Shown: one piece after another, positions 47,755-62,004 of the stretch
Position numbering within the stretch: the first letter of the stretch is position 1
How the letters are laid out: every line of letters starts with the position of its first letter
Source: Malacoraja senta
Taxonomy: Eukaryota
Reading direction: 5' to 3'
Assembly (NCBI GenBank): GCA_038087875.1
Contig: JAXLNO010004250.1
Span: 186,001-250,000, forward strand
DNA length: 64,000 nt
The notes under the pieces: generated by a model
What the model was told of the DNA's origin: nothing
Databases searched by the model: none
Seen by the model: only the letters and a program-made list of their open reading frames with translations
Made by a program: the position numbers and the translations under genes

Positions 47755-50700
47755 TGAGGGTATGAGACGTGAATTGGCCAAGATAGACTGGCAATTGGTT
47801 CTTAAAGGGTTGACGGTGGATATGCAATGGAAGGCATTTAAAGACTGCATGCATGAACTACAACAATTGTTCATCCCAGTTTGGCAAAAGAATAAATCAG
47901 GGAAGGTAGTGCATCTGTGGATAACAAGGGAAATCAGGGATAGTATCAAAACTATCTGTGGAATTGTCTGCCACAGAAGGTAGTTGAGGCCAGTTCATTG
48001 GCTATATTTAAGAGGGAGTTAGATGTGGCCCTTGTGGCTAAAGGGATAAGGGGGTATGGAGAGAAAGCAGGTACAGGATACTGAGTTGGATGATCAGCCA
48101 TGATCATATTGAATGGCGGTGCAGGCTCGAAGGGCCGAATTGCCTACTCCTGCACCTATTTTCTATGTTTCTATGTTTCTAAAACAAAAGATGAAGTTTA
48201 CAAATTAGCCAGAAAAAGCAGCCTACCAGAGGACTGGGAGAAATTCAGAGTCCAGCAGAGGAAGACAAAGGGCTTATTTAGGAAAGGGAAAATAGATTAT
48301 GAAAGAAAACTGGCAGGGAACATAAATACTGACTGCAAAAGTTGTTATAGATATGTGAAGAGAAAAAGATTAGTTAAAACAAATGTAGGTCCCTTGCAGT
48401 CAAAAACAGGTGAATTGATCATGGGGAACAAGGACATGGCAGACCAACTGAATAACTACTTTGGTTCTGTTTTCACTGAGGAAGACATAAATAATCTGCC
48501 GGAAATAGCAGGGGACCGGGGGTCAAATGAGATGGAGGAACTGAGTGAAATCCAGGTTAGCCAGGAAGTGTTGTTAGGTAAATTGAATGGATTAAAGGCC
48601 GATAAATCCCCAGGGCTAGATAGGCTGCATCCCAGAGCACTTAAGGAAGTAGCCCCAGAAATAGTGGATGGATTAAGTGATAATTTTTCAAAACTCTTTA
48701 GATTCTGGAGTAATTCCTGAGGATTGGAGGGTAGCTAATGTAACATCACTTTTTAAAAAGGGAGGGAGAGAGAAAATGGGGAATTACAGACCAGTTAGTC
48801 TAACATCGGTAGTGGGGAAACTGCTAGAGTCAGTTATTAAAGACAGGATAGCAGCACATTTGGAAAGTGGTGAAATCATTGGACAAAGTCAGCATGGATT
48901 TATGAAAGGTAAATCATGTCTGACGAAGCTTATAGAATTTTTCGAGGATGTAACTAGTAGAGTGGATAATAATAATAATAATAATACATTTTATTTATGG
49001 GCGCCTTATACCAAAGTCTCAAGGACACCTTACAGAGTTTAACAAGTAAGAAACATATAATCGGAGTAAAATAAATAGTAAAGACATCACCAATACACAA
49101 ATTAAAGACAGAATTCGATCCAAAAACAAAAGAATCAGAAACACAATGTGACGAGAGAGCAGCGGCAGCTAAACCGCACCAGCGTCCACTCTCCCTTCCG
49201 GCAGCCATCTTGGACACAGACTAAAATAATCACTAACACACAAAAATCATCCCCCCACTGGATGGTTACCACTGTGGGGGAAGGCACAATGTCCAGTCCC
49301 CATCCCCAGTTCTCCCAAAGTCAGGCCTATTGAGGCCTCCACAGTTGCCTCTACGGAGGCCCGATGTTCCTGGCCGTTCTCACCGGGTGCTGTTGCCCCG
49401 GCGTCGGGAGAGTCCTCTCAGCGGCTGGGCCACCTGGAACGGCCGCATTCCTTACCGGAGTCCGCGGCTTCCGAAGCCGACAAGGCCGCGCCGGTTTGGA
49501 GCTCCCAGGCTCCCGATGTTGAAGTCGGCTCCACAGTCCCGCAGCCCGGAGATGTTGAGCTCTGTGGTCACAGCTCACCGGAGCTCCAGCGCGTCGATCC
49601 AGCGCGGCGACCCAGGCAAGGCATCGCCCGCTCCGCTTCGCGATAGCGCTCCAGCGCTGTGCCGCCACCGAAGCTGAAGGTGCTGGGCGGTCCCCGCCAG
49701 GAAATGCCGCTCCACGCCCGCTGGTAGGCCACGAGGACGGGTCGACGGGGCAGCCCGGAGAAAAAGCTGCCTCACCGACCAGGTAGGGACCTAGAAATAT
49801 AGTTACCCCTTCGCCCTACATAAAAAAAGTCAATTTCTCCCACAGACAGAACACAGGACTCACTAAAACTACAAAAAAAAAGTGAATTAAACGGACGGCT
49901 GCTGATTAGCAGCCGTTCCCCAAGATGGCTCCTCTACATGATAAGGGAGAACCAGTGGATGTGTTATATCTGGACTTTCAGAAGGCTTTCGACAAGGTCC
50001 CAAATAAGAGATTAGTATGCAAACTTAAAGCACACGGTATTGGGGGTTCAGTATTGATGTGGATAGAGAACTGGCTGGCAGACAGGAAGCAAAGAGTAGG
50101 GGTGAACGGGTCCTTTTCAGAATTGCAGGCAGTGACTAGTACCGCAAGGCTCAGTCCTAGGACCCCACTATTTACAATATATATTAATGATCTGGATGAA
50201 GGAATTCAATGCAACATCTCCAAGTTTGCGGATGACACGAAGCTGGGGGGCAGATTTAGCTGTGAGGAGAATGCTAGGAGGCTGCAAGGTGACTTGGATA
50301 GGTTGGGTGAGTGAGCAAATGAATGGCAGATGCAGTATAATGTGGATAAATGTGAGGTTATCCACTTTGGTGGCAAAAACAGGAAAGTAGACTATTATCT
50401 GAATGGTGGCCGATTAGGAAAAGGGGAGATGCAACGAGACCTGGGTGTCATGGTACACCAGTCATTGAAAGTAGGCATGCAGGTGCAGCAGGCAGTGAAG
50501 TAAGCGAATGGTATGTTAGCATTCATAGCAAAAGGATTTGAGTATAAGAGCAGGGAGGTTCTACTGCAGTTGTACAGGGTCTTGGTGAGACCACACCTGG
50601 AGTATTGCGTACATTTTTGGTATCCTAATCTGAGGAAAGACATTCTTGCCATAGAGGGAGTACAGAGAAGGTTCACCAGACTGATTCCTGGGATGGCAGG

Positions 50701-51150
50701 ACTTTCATATGAAGAAAGACTGGATAGACTCGGCTTGTACTCGCTAGAATTTAGAAGATTGAGGGGGGATCTTATAGAAACTTACAAAATTCTTAAGGGG
50801 TTGGACAGGCTAGATGCAAGAAGATTGTTCCCGATGTTGGGGAAGTCCAGAACAAGGTGTCACAGTTTAAGGATAAGGGGGAATTCTTTTAGGACCGAGA
50901 TGAGAAAAACATTTTTCACACAGAGAGTGGTGAATCTGTGGAATTCTCTGCCACAGAAGGTAGTTGAGGCCAGTTCATTGGCTATATTTAAGAGGGAGTT
51001 AGATGTGGCCCTTGTGGCTAAAGGGATCAGGGGGTATGGAGAGAAGGCAGGTACAGGACACTGAGTTGGATGATCAGCCATGATCATATTGAATGCCGGT
51101 GCAGGCTCGAAGGGCCGAATGGCCTACTCCTGCACCTATTGTCTATGTTT
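47755..51150 (+). mobile_element. CR1 ORF2 with nested insertions (CR1 3' end at about 47950-48180, GC-rich element at 48970-49938)
   Basis: Collinear with the CR1 at 1-2150. Confidence 0.9.
48970..49938 (-). mobile_element. GC-rich non-autonomous retroelement with L2-like (AAT)n tail
   Basis: Tail taataataat-acattttattt...caaggacacctt resembles the L2 tail at 19256. GATAA repeated at both junctions. Shares the cactgtg.gggaaggca module with 27570-28442. Confidence 0.65.
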
Positions 51151-51154
51151 CTAA

Positions 51155-52290
51155 AAACAGCGATTTAAAAAAGACACCACATAACAGTAAATTGGTTCAG
51201 TAACGTTAGTCCCTGGTGAGATAGGAGTTTACAGTCCTAATGGCCTCTGGGAAGAAACTCCTTCTCATCCTCTCTGTTTTCACAGCATGGCAATGGAGGC
51301 GTTTGCCTGACCGTAGCAGCTGGAACAGTCTGTTGCTGGGGTTGTGGGGTGTCCCATGATCTTGTTGCCTCTGGAGTTGCACCTTCTGATGTATAGTTCC
51401 TGCAGGGGGGGCGAGTGGAGTTCCCATAGTACGTTCGGCCGAACGCACTACTCTCTGCAGAGCCTTCTTGTCCTGGGCAGAGCTGTTCCCAAAACAGATG
51501 GTAATGTTTCCGGACAAGATGCTTCCCACAGCCGCTGAGTAGAAGCACTGGAGGATCCTCAGAGACACTCTGAATTTCCTCAATTGCCTGAGGTGGTAAA
51601 GGCGCTGCCTTGCCTTACTCACCAGTGCTGCAGTGTGTGATGTCCATGTCGGATCCTCTGAGATGTGGACTCCCAGGTATTTAAAGCAGCTCACCCTATC
51701 CACAGTATCCCCATTTATCCTCAATGGTGTGTACGTCCTCGGATGATGTGCCCTCCCAAAGTCCACGATCAGCTCTTTAGTTTTTTTTGCTATTCAAGAG
51801 GAGGCTGTTGTCCTGACACCAGAGTGCCAGATCAGACACCTCCTCCCGGTAGGCCTTCTCATCATTATCGGAGATCAGGCCCACCACCACAGTGTCATCA
51901 GCAAACTTGATTATAGAGTTGGAGCTGAACCTGGCCACACAGTCATGTGTGTACAGGGAGTACAGTAGGGGGCTGAGGACGCAACCCTGGGGGGATCATG
52001 TGCTCAGGGTGAGGGACTTCGATGTATTTCCTCCCATCTTGACTACCTGGGGCCTGGCGCTGAGAAAGTCCAGGACCCTGGCACACAGGGGGGTGTTGAG
52101 TCCCAATTCCAGCAGCTTCTCAGCCAGTCTGGTGGGGACTATCGTGTTGAAGGCTGAACTGAAGTCTATGAACAGCGTCCTCACATAGCCCCCCTTCTGG
52201 CTGTCAAGGTGAGAGAGAGCGGTGTGTAGGACCTGGGAGACCGCATCGCCCATGGATCTGTTCGGACGGAATGCGAATTGTAGCGAGGCA
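51155..52290 (-). mobile_element. Rex1/Babar-type LINE, close paralog of 44700-46120
   Basis: [39 protein letters not shown]. Confidence 0.9.
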
Positions 52291-52294
52291 ATTT

Positions 52295-55200
52295 AGCAGT
52301 CAATATAAGGAAGACGGCTCTTAGGGAGCGGCAGTGAGGGAGCGGCCTTGTGTGGGAAGTGCCCTGTGAGTAAAGTGTGAGTCTTTGGCTCGAGAGTCTT
52401 CGGTGAGGAGGCTGAGGAGAGGAGGCTAGCATAAAGCTCGAGAGGGCGGAACGCGGGGACACATGTCGGGGCAGATGAGACAGTGTGAAGCTTGCAGAAT
52501 GTGGGAGCCCAGGGACACGGACGGAGTCTCCGGCTGCTACAACTGTGGCAAGTGCGTCCAGCTTCAGCTCCTAAAGGACCGTGTTGGGGCACTGGAGAAG
52601 CAGCTGGATGACCTCAGGGCCATCCGGGAAAACGAGAGTTTCCTGGACAGGACCTACAGTGAGGTAGTCACGCCGAGGTTACGTGAAGAACCAAGGTGTG
52701 TGACGGAGAGAAAGGGTGGAAATCGTGGAGTACAGAAGACCCAGGTGGCTGTGCCTAATGAAAACAGGTACGCCCTCTTGGGAACTGTCCGGGGAGACGA
52801 TGCTTCCAGTCCGAGCGGTGGACACGTCGGTGGCTCCAATCCTAGAGATGGGACTCGACCGGCCAGACCGACGTCGGGCAGAGCCCTAGTGGTGGGTGAC
52901 TCCATTGTGCGAGGAGTGGACAGGAGATTCTGTGGCAGCAGACGAGATGCGAGGATGGTCTGTTGCCTCCCTGGTGCCAGGGTTCAGGATGTCACAAGCT
53001 GAATTCAGAACATCCTCGAGAGAGAAGGTGAACAGTAGTTGTGTACGTAGGCACAAACGACATCGGGAAGAAGTGGAAGGAGGTTCTCCAACATGACTTC
53101 AGAGAGTTAGGAAGAAGACTGAAATGCCGGACTTCTAAGGTGGTTATCTCTGGATTGCTTCCAGTACCATGTGCTAGTGAGGACAGGAACAGGGAGATAG
53201 GGGATCTGAATGTGTGGCTGAGGGGCTGGTGCAGGGAGCAAGGATTTAGATTTATAGACCACTGGGAACTCTTCTAGGGTAGGGGTGACCTGTACAAAAG
53301 TGACGGGTTACACCTAAACTGGAGGGGGACTGACATTCTGGCAGGCTTGCTAGGTCTACACGTGCTGGTTTAAATTAAATAGTGGGGGGTGGGAGGGATT
53401 GACAAATTGGGAGTATAAAGATGGAGTTGAGGAGGAAGTGACTACAGGGAAAATTACAGAAAACATAGAAACATAGAAATTAGGTGCAGGAGTAGGCCAT
53501 TCGGCCCTTCGAGTCTGCACCGCCATTCAATATGATCATGGCTGATCATCCAACTCAGTATCCCGTACCTGCCTTCTCTCCATACCCTCTGATCCCTTTA
53601 GCCACAAGGGCCACATCTAGCTCCCTCTTAAATATAGCCAATGAACTGGCCTCGACTACCCTCTGTGGCAGAGAGTTCCAGAGATTCACCACTCTCTGTG
53701 TGAAAAAAGTTCTTCTCATCTCGGTTTTAAAGGATTTCCCCCTTATCCTTAAGCTGTGACCCCTTGTCCTGGACTTCCCCAACATCGGGAGCAATCTTCC
53801 TGCATCTAGCCTGTCCAACCCCTTAAGAATTTTGTAAGTTTCTATAAGATCCCCTCTCAATCTCCTAAATTCTAGAGAGTATAAACCAAGTCTATCCAGT
53901 CTTTCTTCATAAGACAGTCCTGACATCCCAGGAATCAGTCTGGTGAACCTTCTCTGCACTCCCTCTATGGCAATAATGTCCTTCTCGAAGATTCTCGAAT
54001 TAATGGGAAGGAAAGCTCGAGAAGGGACAACAGAGTAAGGTCAGGGTCAACAAAATAGAGAGAGTACAGAGGAGATTTACTAGAATGTTGCCTGGGTTTC
54101 AGCAACTAAGTTACAGAGAAAGGTTGAACAAGTTAGGTCTTTATTCTTTGGAGCGCAGAAGGTTAAGAGGGGACTTGATAGAGGTCTTTAAAATTGTGAG
54201 TGGGTTAGACAGAGTGGACGTGGATAAGCTTTTCCCATTGAGAGTAGCGAAGATTCAAACAAGGGGACATGACTTGAGAATTAAGGGACAGATGTTTAGG
54301 GGTAACATTAGGGGGAACTTCTTTACTCAGAGGGTGGTAGCTGTGTGGAATGAGCTTCCAGTGGAAGTGGTGGAGGCAGGTTCGATGTTATCCTTTAAAA
54401 ATAGATTGGATGCGTATATGGACGGGAAAGGAATGGAGGGTTATGGTCTGAGTGCAGGTAGATGGGAGTAGGGGGAAGATTAAAAAAAAGAATTTAAAAA
54501 AAGCGTTCGGCACGGACTTGAAGGGCCGAGATGGCCTGTTTCCGTGCTGTTATGGTTATATGGTTATATAGGGCCAATTGCCAGCGGTGCGAGGGGGGAA
54601 GTGAATACGCAGGTCAAAGTGCTGTATATGAATGCACGGTATAAGGAATAAAGTGGACGAGCTTGAGGCTCATTTAGAAACTGGCAAGTATGATGTTGTG
54701 GGAATTACTGAGACATGGCTGCAAGAGGGCCAGGGCTGGGAACTGAATATTCAAGGGTATACCTCCTATCGAAAAGACAGACAGGTGGGCAGAGGGGGTG
54801 GGGTTGCCCTGTTGGTGAGGAATGAAATTCAGTCCCTTGCAAGGGGTGACATTGAAACAGGAGATGTGGAGTCAGTATGGATAGAACTAAGGACTTGCAA
54901 GGGTAAAAAGACCCTAATGGGACTTATCTACAGGCTCCCAAGCAGTAGCCTGGACATAGGGTGCAAGTTGAATCAGGAGTTCAAATTGGCATGTAGCAAA
55001 GGTAATGCTGTGGTTGTTATGGGAGATTTCAACATGCAGGTAGACTGGGAAAATCAGGTTGGTACTGGACCCCAAGAAAGGGACTTTGTAGAGTGCCTTC
55101 GTGATGGATTCTTAGCACCGCTTGTATTGGAGCCTACCAAGGAGAAGGCAATTTTGGATTTAGTGTTATGTAATGAACCGGATTTGATAAAGGACCTCGA

Positions 55201-57512
55201 GGTTAATGAGCCATTAGGAAGTAGTGATCATAACATGGTCAGGTTTAATCTACAATTGGAGAGGGAGACGTGTAGATCGGAGGTGTCAGTGTTGCAGTTG
55301 AATAAAGGGGACTATGGGGCCATGAGCGAGGAGCTGGCCAAAGTTGACTGGAAAGATACACTAGCAGGGATGACAGTGCAACAAAAATGGCAGGTGTTTC
55401 TAGGAATAATACAGAAGGTGCAGGAGCAGTTCATTCCTAGGAGGAAGAAAGATTCCAAGGGGAGAAAGGGACTACAATGGCTGACAAGGGACGTCAGGGA
55501 CAGTATAAAAATTAAAGTGAAGAAGTACAACGTAGCAAAGATGAGCGGGAAGCAAGAGGATTGGGTAATATTTAAAGCACAACAGAAGATAACCAAAAAG
55601 GCAATACGGGGAGAAAAGATGAGGTACGATGGTAAGCTAGCCAAGAATATAAAGCAGGATAGTAAAAGCTTCTTTAGGTATGTGAAGAGGAAAAAAATAG
55701 TTAAGACCAAAGTTGGACCCTTGAAGACCGAAAAAGGTGAATTATTATGGGGAACAAGGAAATGGCAGATGCGTTGAACAGATATTTTGGATCTGGCTTC
55801 ACTGAGGAGGAATTTACAAACAATCTTCCTGATATAGTAGTGGCCAGAGGATCTGGGATGACGGAGGAACTGAAGGTAATCCACATCAGGCAGGAAATGG
55901 TGTTAGATAGAATGATGGGACTGGAGGCTGATAAATCCCCAGGGCCTGATGGTCTGCATCCCAGGGTACTTAAGGAAGTTGCTCTAGAAATCGTGGATGC
56001 ATTGGTGATAATTTTCCAATGTTTTATTGACTCCGGATCAGTTTCTGTGGATTGGAGGGTAATTAATGTTATCCCACTTTTTAAGAAAGGCGGGAGAGAG
56101 AAAACATGGAATTATAGACCAGTTAGCCTGACATCGGTGGTGGGGAAGATGCTGGAGTCAATTATAAAAGATGAAATAGCCGCACATTTGGATAGCAGTA
56201 ACAGGGTCGGTCCGAGTCAGCATGGATTTATGAAGGGGAAATCATGCTTGACTAATCTTCTGGAATTTTTTGAAGATGTAACTAGGAAAATGGACAAGGG
56301 AGAGCCAGTGGAAGTAGTGTACCTGGACTTTCAGAAAGCATTTGATAAGGTCCCACAAAGGAGATTAGTGGGCAAAATTAGGGCACATAGTATTGGGGGT
56401 AGAGTGCTGACATGGATAGAGAACTGGTTGGCAGACAGGAAACAAAGAGTAGGGATTAACGGGTCCCTTTCAGAATGGCAGGCAGTGACTAGTGGGGCAC
56501 TGCAAGGCTCGGTGCTGGGACCGCAGCTCTTTACAATATATATCAATGATTTGGATGAAGGGATTCAAAGTAACATTAGCAAATTTGCAGATGACACAAA
56601 GCTGGGTGGCAGTGTGAACGGTGAGGAGGATGCTATGAGAGTGCAGGGTAACTTGGACAGGTTGGGGGAGTGGGCAGATGCATGACAGATGAAGTTTAAT
56701 GCGGATAAATGTGCGGTTATCCACGGTGGTAGCAAAAACAGGAAGGCAGATTACTATCTAAATGGCATCAAGTTGGGAAAAGGGGAAGTGCAACGGGATC
56801 TGCGGGGTCCTTGTATATCAGTCTATGAAAGTAAGCATGCAGGTACAGCAGGCAGTGAAGAAAGCGAATGGCATGTTGGCCTTTATAACAAGAGGAATCG
56901 AATATAGGAGCAAAGAGGTCCTTCTGCAGTTGTACAGAGCCCTAGTGAGACCACACCAGGAGTATTGTGTACAGTTTTGGTCTCCTAATCTGAGGAGGAT
57001 ATTCTTGCTGTTGAGGGAGCGCAGCGTAGGTTTACAAGGTTAATTCCCGGAATGGCGCGACTGTCATATGCTGAGACAATGGAGCAGCTGGGCTTGTACA
57101 CTCTTGAGTTTAGAAGGATGAGAGGATATCTCATTGAAACATATACGATTGTTAAGGGTTTGGACACGTTAGAGGCAGGAAACATGTTCCCGATGTTGGG
57201 GGAGTCCAGAATCAGGGGCCACACAGTTTAAGAATAAGGAGTAAGCCATTTAGAATGGAGACGAGGAACACCTTTTCTCACAGAGAGTGGTGAGTCTGTG
57301 GAATTCGCTGCCTCAGAGAGCGGTGGAGGTGGGTTCTCTTGATGCTTTCAGGAGAGAGCTAGATAGGGCTCTTGAAAATAGCGGAGTAAGGGGATATGGG
57401 AGAAGGCAGGAACGGGGTACTGATTGGGGATGATCAGCCATGGTCACATTGAATGGCGGTGCTGGCTCGAAGGGACGAATGGCCTACTCCTGACCCTATT
57501 GTCTATTGTCTA
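52295..57512 (+). mobile_element. Near full-length CR1 (5' UTR, ORF1, ORF2) split by two nested CR1 fragments
   Basis: ORF1: CEAC...CGKC plus SGNH esterase motifs GDSIVRG, GTND and DGLHLN. ORF2 EN from about 54620, RT, (TTGTCTA)n tail. Nested copies at about 53455-53985 (minus) and about 54046-54570 (plus). Confidence 0.9.
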
Positions 57513-57514
57513 TT

Positions 57515-57900
57515 GCAAGGGAGGAAGGCGCAGATGTGTTTCTTGACCAGCCTCTCAAAGCATTTCATGACTACCGAGGTGAGGGCCACCGGCGGTGGTC
57601 ACTCAGACAAGCTGGGGAGGCATTCTTTGGTACAGGTACAATGATGGATCTTTTGAAGCAGGCAGGGACCACGGACTTGGCCAGGGAGAGGTTGAATATT
57701 GTAGTGAGCACCGGAGGTAGCTGCGTAGCACAAGACTTAAGTGCTCGCCACGAGATGCCATCTGGGCCGACAACTTTCCTCGTGTTCACACGTGTCAGAG
57801 CCCTCCTCACGTCGTGCTCGGACAACGAGAGTGTGTACCCATCCCCAACAGTGTCCCTCCCTCCAGCCTCGCTAGCCAGTTGTCGTTAGCCGGCAAGCCT
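57515..57900 (-). mobile_element. Rex1/Babar RT fragment
   Basis: VNTRKVVGPDGI, FNLSLAKSVVPACFKRSIIVPVPK. Confidence 0.85.
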
Positions 57901-58684
57901 GGGATGATGTTGCCCGTCTCAAAACGAGCGTAGAAAAAATTCAGGTCATGAGTTTGGGAGGTGCCGGCACTTCCGGTTGAGGGGGGGGGGGGGCTGCTCC
58001 GGTAGTTGGTTATAGTCCGTAGCCCCTCGGGGCTCGACCTGGGAGCTCCGACCGCGGCAGCCTGTGGACTTTAACATCATGGAGCTCGCGGTCCCTGGTT
58101 TGAGTCCGACTTCGGGATCTCCAAGCCGGGAGCTTCGATCACCCCGACTATGGATGGTTCATCTGCCGTGTCCGGGGAGAAAAAGGAGGAAAGAAGATAA
58201 GACTTTATTGCCTTCCATCACAGTGAGGAATGTGGGGAATCCGCTGCTGGATGTTTATGTCAAGAGATGGGGGGAGAGAGGGGAGGGGGGGGAGAGCGAG
58301 GGTGGGGGAGGGAGAGGGGGTGGGGGAGGGAGAGGGGTGGGGGTTAGAGGGGGGGAGGGGANNNNNNNNNNNNNNNNNNNNNNNNNNNNNNNNNNNNNNN
58401 NNNNNNNNNNNNNNNNNNNNNNNNNNNNNNNNNNNNNNNNNNNNNNNNNNNNNNNNNNNNNNNNNNNNNNNNNNNNNNNNNNNNNNNNNNNNNNNNNNNN
58501 NNNNNNNNNNNNNNNNNNNNNNNNNNNNNNNNNNNNNNNNNNNNNNNNNNNNNNNNNNNNNTGGAGATAGATAGATAGACAGATATAGAGAGATTGTACT
58601 CTATCACAGATGGCATCACTGGTCTCTTTACACCAAAGATCCTACAGCTTGCTACAGATCTTTGCCTTACTCTGTGTCACACAC

Positions 58685-59045
58685 GGCATCAGACCTCACG
58701 GTCTCTGTACTCTCTACCACACACACACTACATCAGACCTCACGGTCACTGTACTCTCTACCACACACACACTACATCAGACCTCACGGTCACTGTACTC
58801 TCTACCACACACACACATACTACATCAGACCTCACGGTCTCTGTACTCTCTACTACACACACTACATCAGACCTCACGGTCACTGTACTCTCTACCACAC
58901 ACACACACACTACATCAGACCTCACGGTCTCTGTACTCTCTACTACACACACTACATCAGACCTCACGGGCACTTTACTCTCTACCACACACACTACATC
59001 AGACCTCACGGTCACTGTACTCTCTACCACACACACACACACACA
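58685..59045. repeat. Minisatellite of about 38-42 bp, resuming at about 61547-61640
   Basis: Unit CTACATCAGACCTCACGGTCACTGTACTCTCTACCA(CA)n. Confidence 0.9.
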
Positions 59046-59049
59046 CTAC

Positions 59050-61545
59050 CATATAACCATATAACCATAACAGCACGGAAACAGGCCATCTCGGCCCTTC
59101 AAGTCCGTGCCGAACATTTAAAATTTTTTTTAAATAAAATTAAAAATAAATACTTCCCCCTAGTCCCATCTACCTGCACTCAGACCATAACCCTCCATTC
59201 CTTTCCCGTCCATATACCCATCCAATCTATTTTTAAAGGATAACATCGAACCCGCCTCCACCACTTCCACTGGAAGCTCATTCCACACAGCTACCACTCT
59301 CTGAGTAAAGAAGTTCCCCCTAATGTTCCCCCTAAACTTCTGTCCCTTAATTCTCAAGTCATGTCCCCTTGTTTGAATCTTCCCTACTCTCAATGGGAAA
59401 AGCTTTTCCACGTCCACTCTGTCTAACCCGCTCATAATTTTAAAGACCTCTATCAAGTCCCCTCTTAACCTTCTGCGCTCCAAAGAATAAAGACCTAACT
59501 TGTTCAACCTTTCTCTGTAACTTAGTTGCTGAAACCCAGGCAACATTCTAGTAAATCTCCTCTGTACTCTCTCTATTTTGTTGACATCCTTCCTATAATT
59601 AGGCGACCAAAATTGTACTCCATACTCCAGAATTGGCCTCACCAATGCCTTGTACAATTTTAACATTACATCCCAACTTCTATATTCAATGCTCTGATTT
59701 ATAAAGGCCAGCACACCAAAAGCTTTCTTTACCACCCTATCTACATGAGATTCCACCTTCAGGGAACTATGCACAGTTATTCCTAGATCCCTCTGTTCAA
59801 CTGCATTCCTCAATTCGCTACCATTTACCGTGTACGTCCTATTTTGATTTGTCCTGCCGAGATGTAGCACCTCACATTTGTCAGCATTAAACTCCATCTG
59901 CCATCTTTCAGCCCACTCTTCCAAATGGCCTAAATCTCTCTGTAGACTTTGAAAATCTACTTCATTATCCACAACACCACCTATCTTAGTATCATCTGCA
60001 TACTTACTAATCCAATTTTCCACACCATCATCCAGATCATTGATGTACATGACAAACAACAGTGGACCCAACACAGACCCCTGAGGCACCCCACTAGTCA
60101 CCGGCCTCAAACCTGACAAACAGCCATCCACCATTACTCTCTGGCATCTCCCATTCAGCCACTGTTGAATCCATCTTGCTACTCCACCATTAATACCCAA
60201 CAATTGAATCTTCTTAACCAACCTTCCATGAGGAACCTTGTCAAAGGCCTTACTGAAGTCCATATAGACAACATCCACTGCTTTACCCTCATCAATTTCC
60301 CTAGTAACCTCTTCGAAAAATTCAAGTAGATTAGTCAAGCATGACCTTCCAGGCACAAATCCATGTTGACTGTTCCTAATCAGACCCTGCTTATCCAGAT
60401 GCTTATATATATTATCTTTAAGTATCCTTTCCATTAATTTGCCCACCACTGACGTCAAACCAACAGGTCTATAATTGCTAGGTTTACTCTTCGAACCCTT
60501 TTTAAACAACGGAACAACATGCGCAGTACGCCAATCCTCCGGCACTATTCCCGTTTCTAATGACATTTGAAATATTTCTGTCACAGCCCCTGCTATTTCT
60601 ACACTAACTTCCCTCAATGTCCTAGGGAATATCCTGTCAGGACCTGGAGACTTATCCGTTTTCATATTTTTCAAAAGTGTCCGCACCTCCTCTTCTTTGA
60701 ATCTCACAGTTTCCATTGCTACTCTGCTCGTTTCCCTTACCTCACATAATTCCATATCCTTCTCCTTCGTGAATACCGAAGAAAAGAAATTGTTCAATAT
60801 CTCCCCCATCTCTTTTGGCTCTGCAGATAGCTGTCCACTCTGACTCTCTAATGGACCTATTTTATTCCTTGTTATCCTTTTGCTATTAATATAGCTGTAG
60901 AAACCCTTTGGATTTACTTTCACCTTACTTGCCAAAGCAACCTCATATCTTCTTATAGCTTTTCTAATTTCTTTCTTAATATTCTTTTTACATTCTTTAT
61001 ACTCCTCAAGCACCTCATTTACTCCATGCTGCCTATAATTATTGTAGATCTCTCTCTTTTTCCGAACCAAGTGTCCAATTTCCCTTGAAAACCATGGCTC
61101 TTTCCATTTTTTACTATTTCCTTTCAACCGAACAGGGACATAAAGATTCTGTACTCTTAAAATTTCACCCTTAAATGTCCTCCATTTTTCTTCTACATCC
61201 TTCCCATAAAACAACATGTCCCAATTCACTCCTTTTAAATCCTTTCGCATCTCCTCAAAGTTAGCCTTTCTCCCAACAAAAATCTCAACCCTAGGTCCAG
61301 TTCTGACCCTCTCCATAATTATATTGAAACTAATGGTATTGTGATCACTGGACCCGAAGTGCTCCCCGACGCATACCTCCGCCACCTGCCCTGTCTCATT
61401 TCCTAACAGGAGGTCCAGCACTGCCCCTTCTCTAGTAGGTACCTCTATGTATTGCTGCAAAAAACTATCTTGCACACATTTTACAAACTCCAAACCATCC
61501 AGCCCTTTTACAGAATGTGTTTCCCAGTCTATGTGTGGAAAATTG
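59050..61545 (-). mobile_element. Young 5'-truncated CR1 with an uninterrupted 777-aa ORF2 segment
   Basis: ORF 59160-61493 covers the EN C-terminus, the complete RT and the C-terminal domain. (ATATGGTT)n tail. Confidence 0.95.
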
Positions 61546-62004
61546 AACTACATCAGACCTCACGGTCACTGTACTCTCTACCACACACACACACTACATC
61601 AGACCTCACGGTCACTGTACTCTCTACCACACACTCACTACATCAGACCTCACGGTCACTTTACCCTGTCCGTCCCCGGCTCCAACCGCCAACCGTTTGA
61701 ATTCCAACCGCCGCCCCCTGACCACGTGACCGGTCGGACCAGATCACGCCCGGTCCACGCGAGAGTTGCAGCCCGACCACCCACTGTTGTCTAGNNNNNN
61801 NNNNNNNNNNNNNNNNNNNNNNNNNNNNNNNNNNNNNNNNNNNNNNNNNNNNNNNNNNNNNNNNNNNNNNNNNNNNNNNNNNNNNNNNNNNNNNNNNNNN
61901 NNNNNNNNNNNNNNNNNNNNNNNNNNNNNNNNNNNNNNNNNNNNNNNNNNNNNNNNNNNNNNNNNNNNNNNNNNNNNNNNNNNNNNTATATGTATATAAT
62001 TGAT

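Noticed and set aside
58594-59243. Thr/His-rich repetitive ORFs resembling a mucin
   Set aside because: Translations of the minisatellite, open in several frames, with no splice or domain support.
61650-61794. GC-rich segment ending in CTAG, a possible Helitron end
   Set aside because: No clear subterminal hairpin, and a gap follows immediately, so it cannot be assessed.
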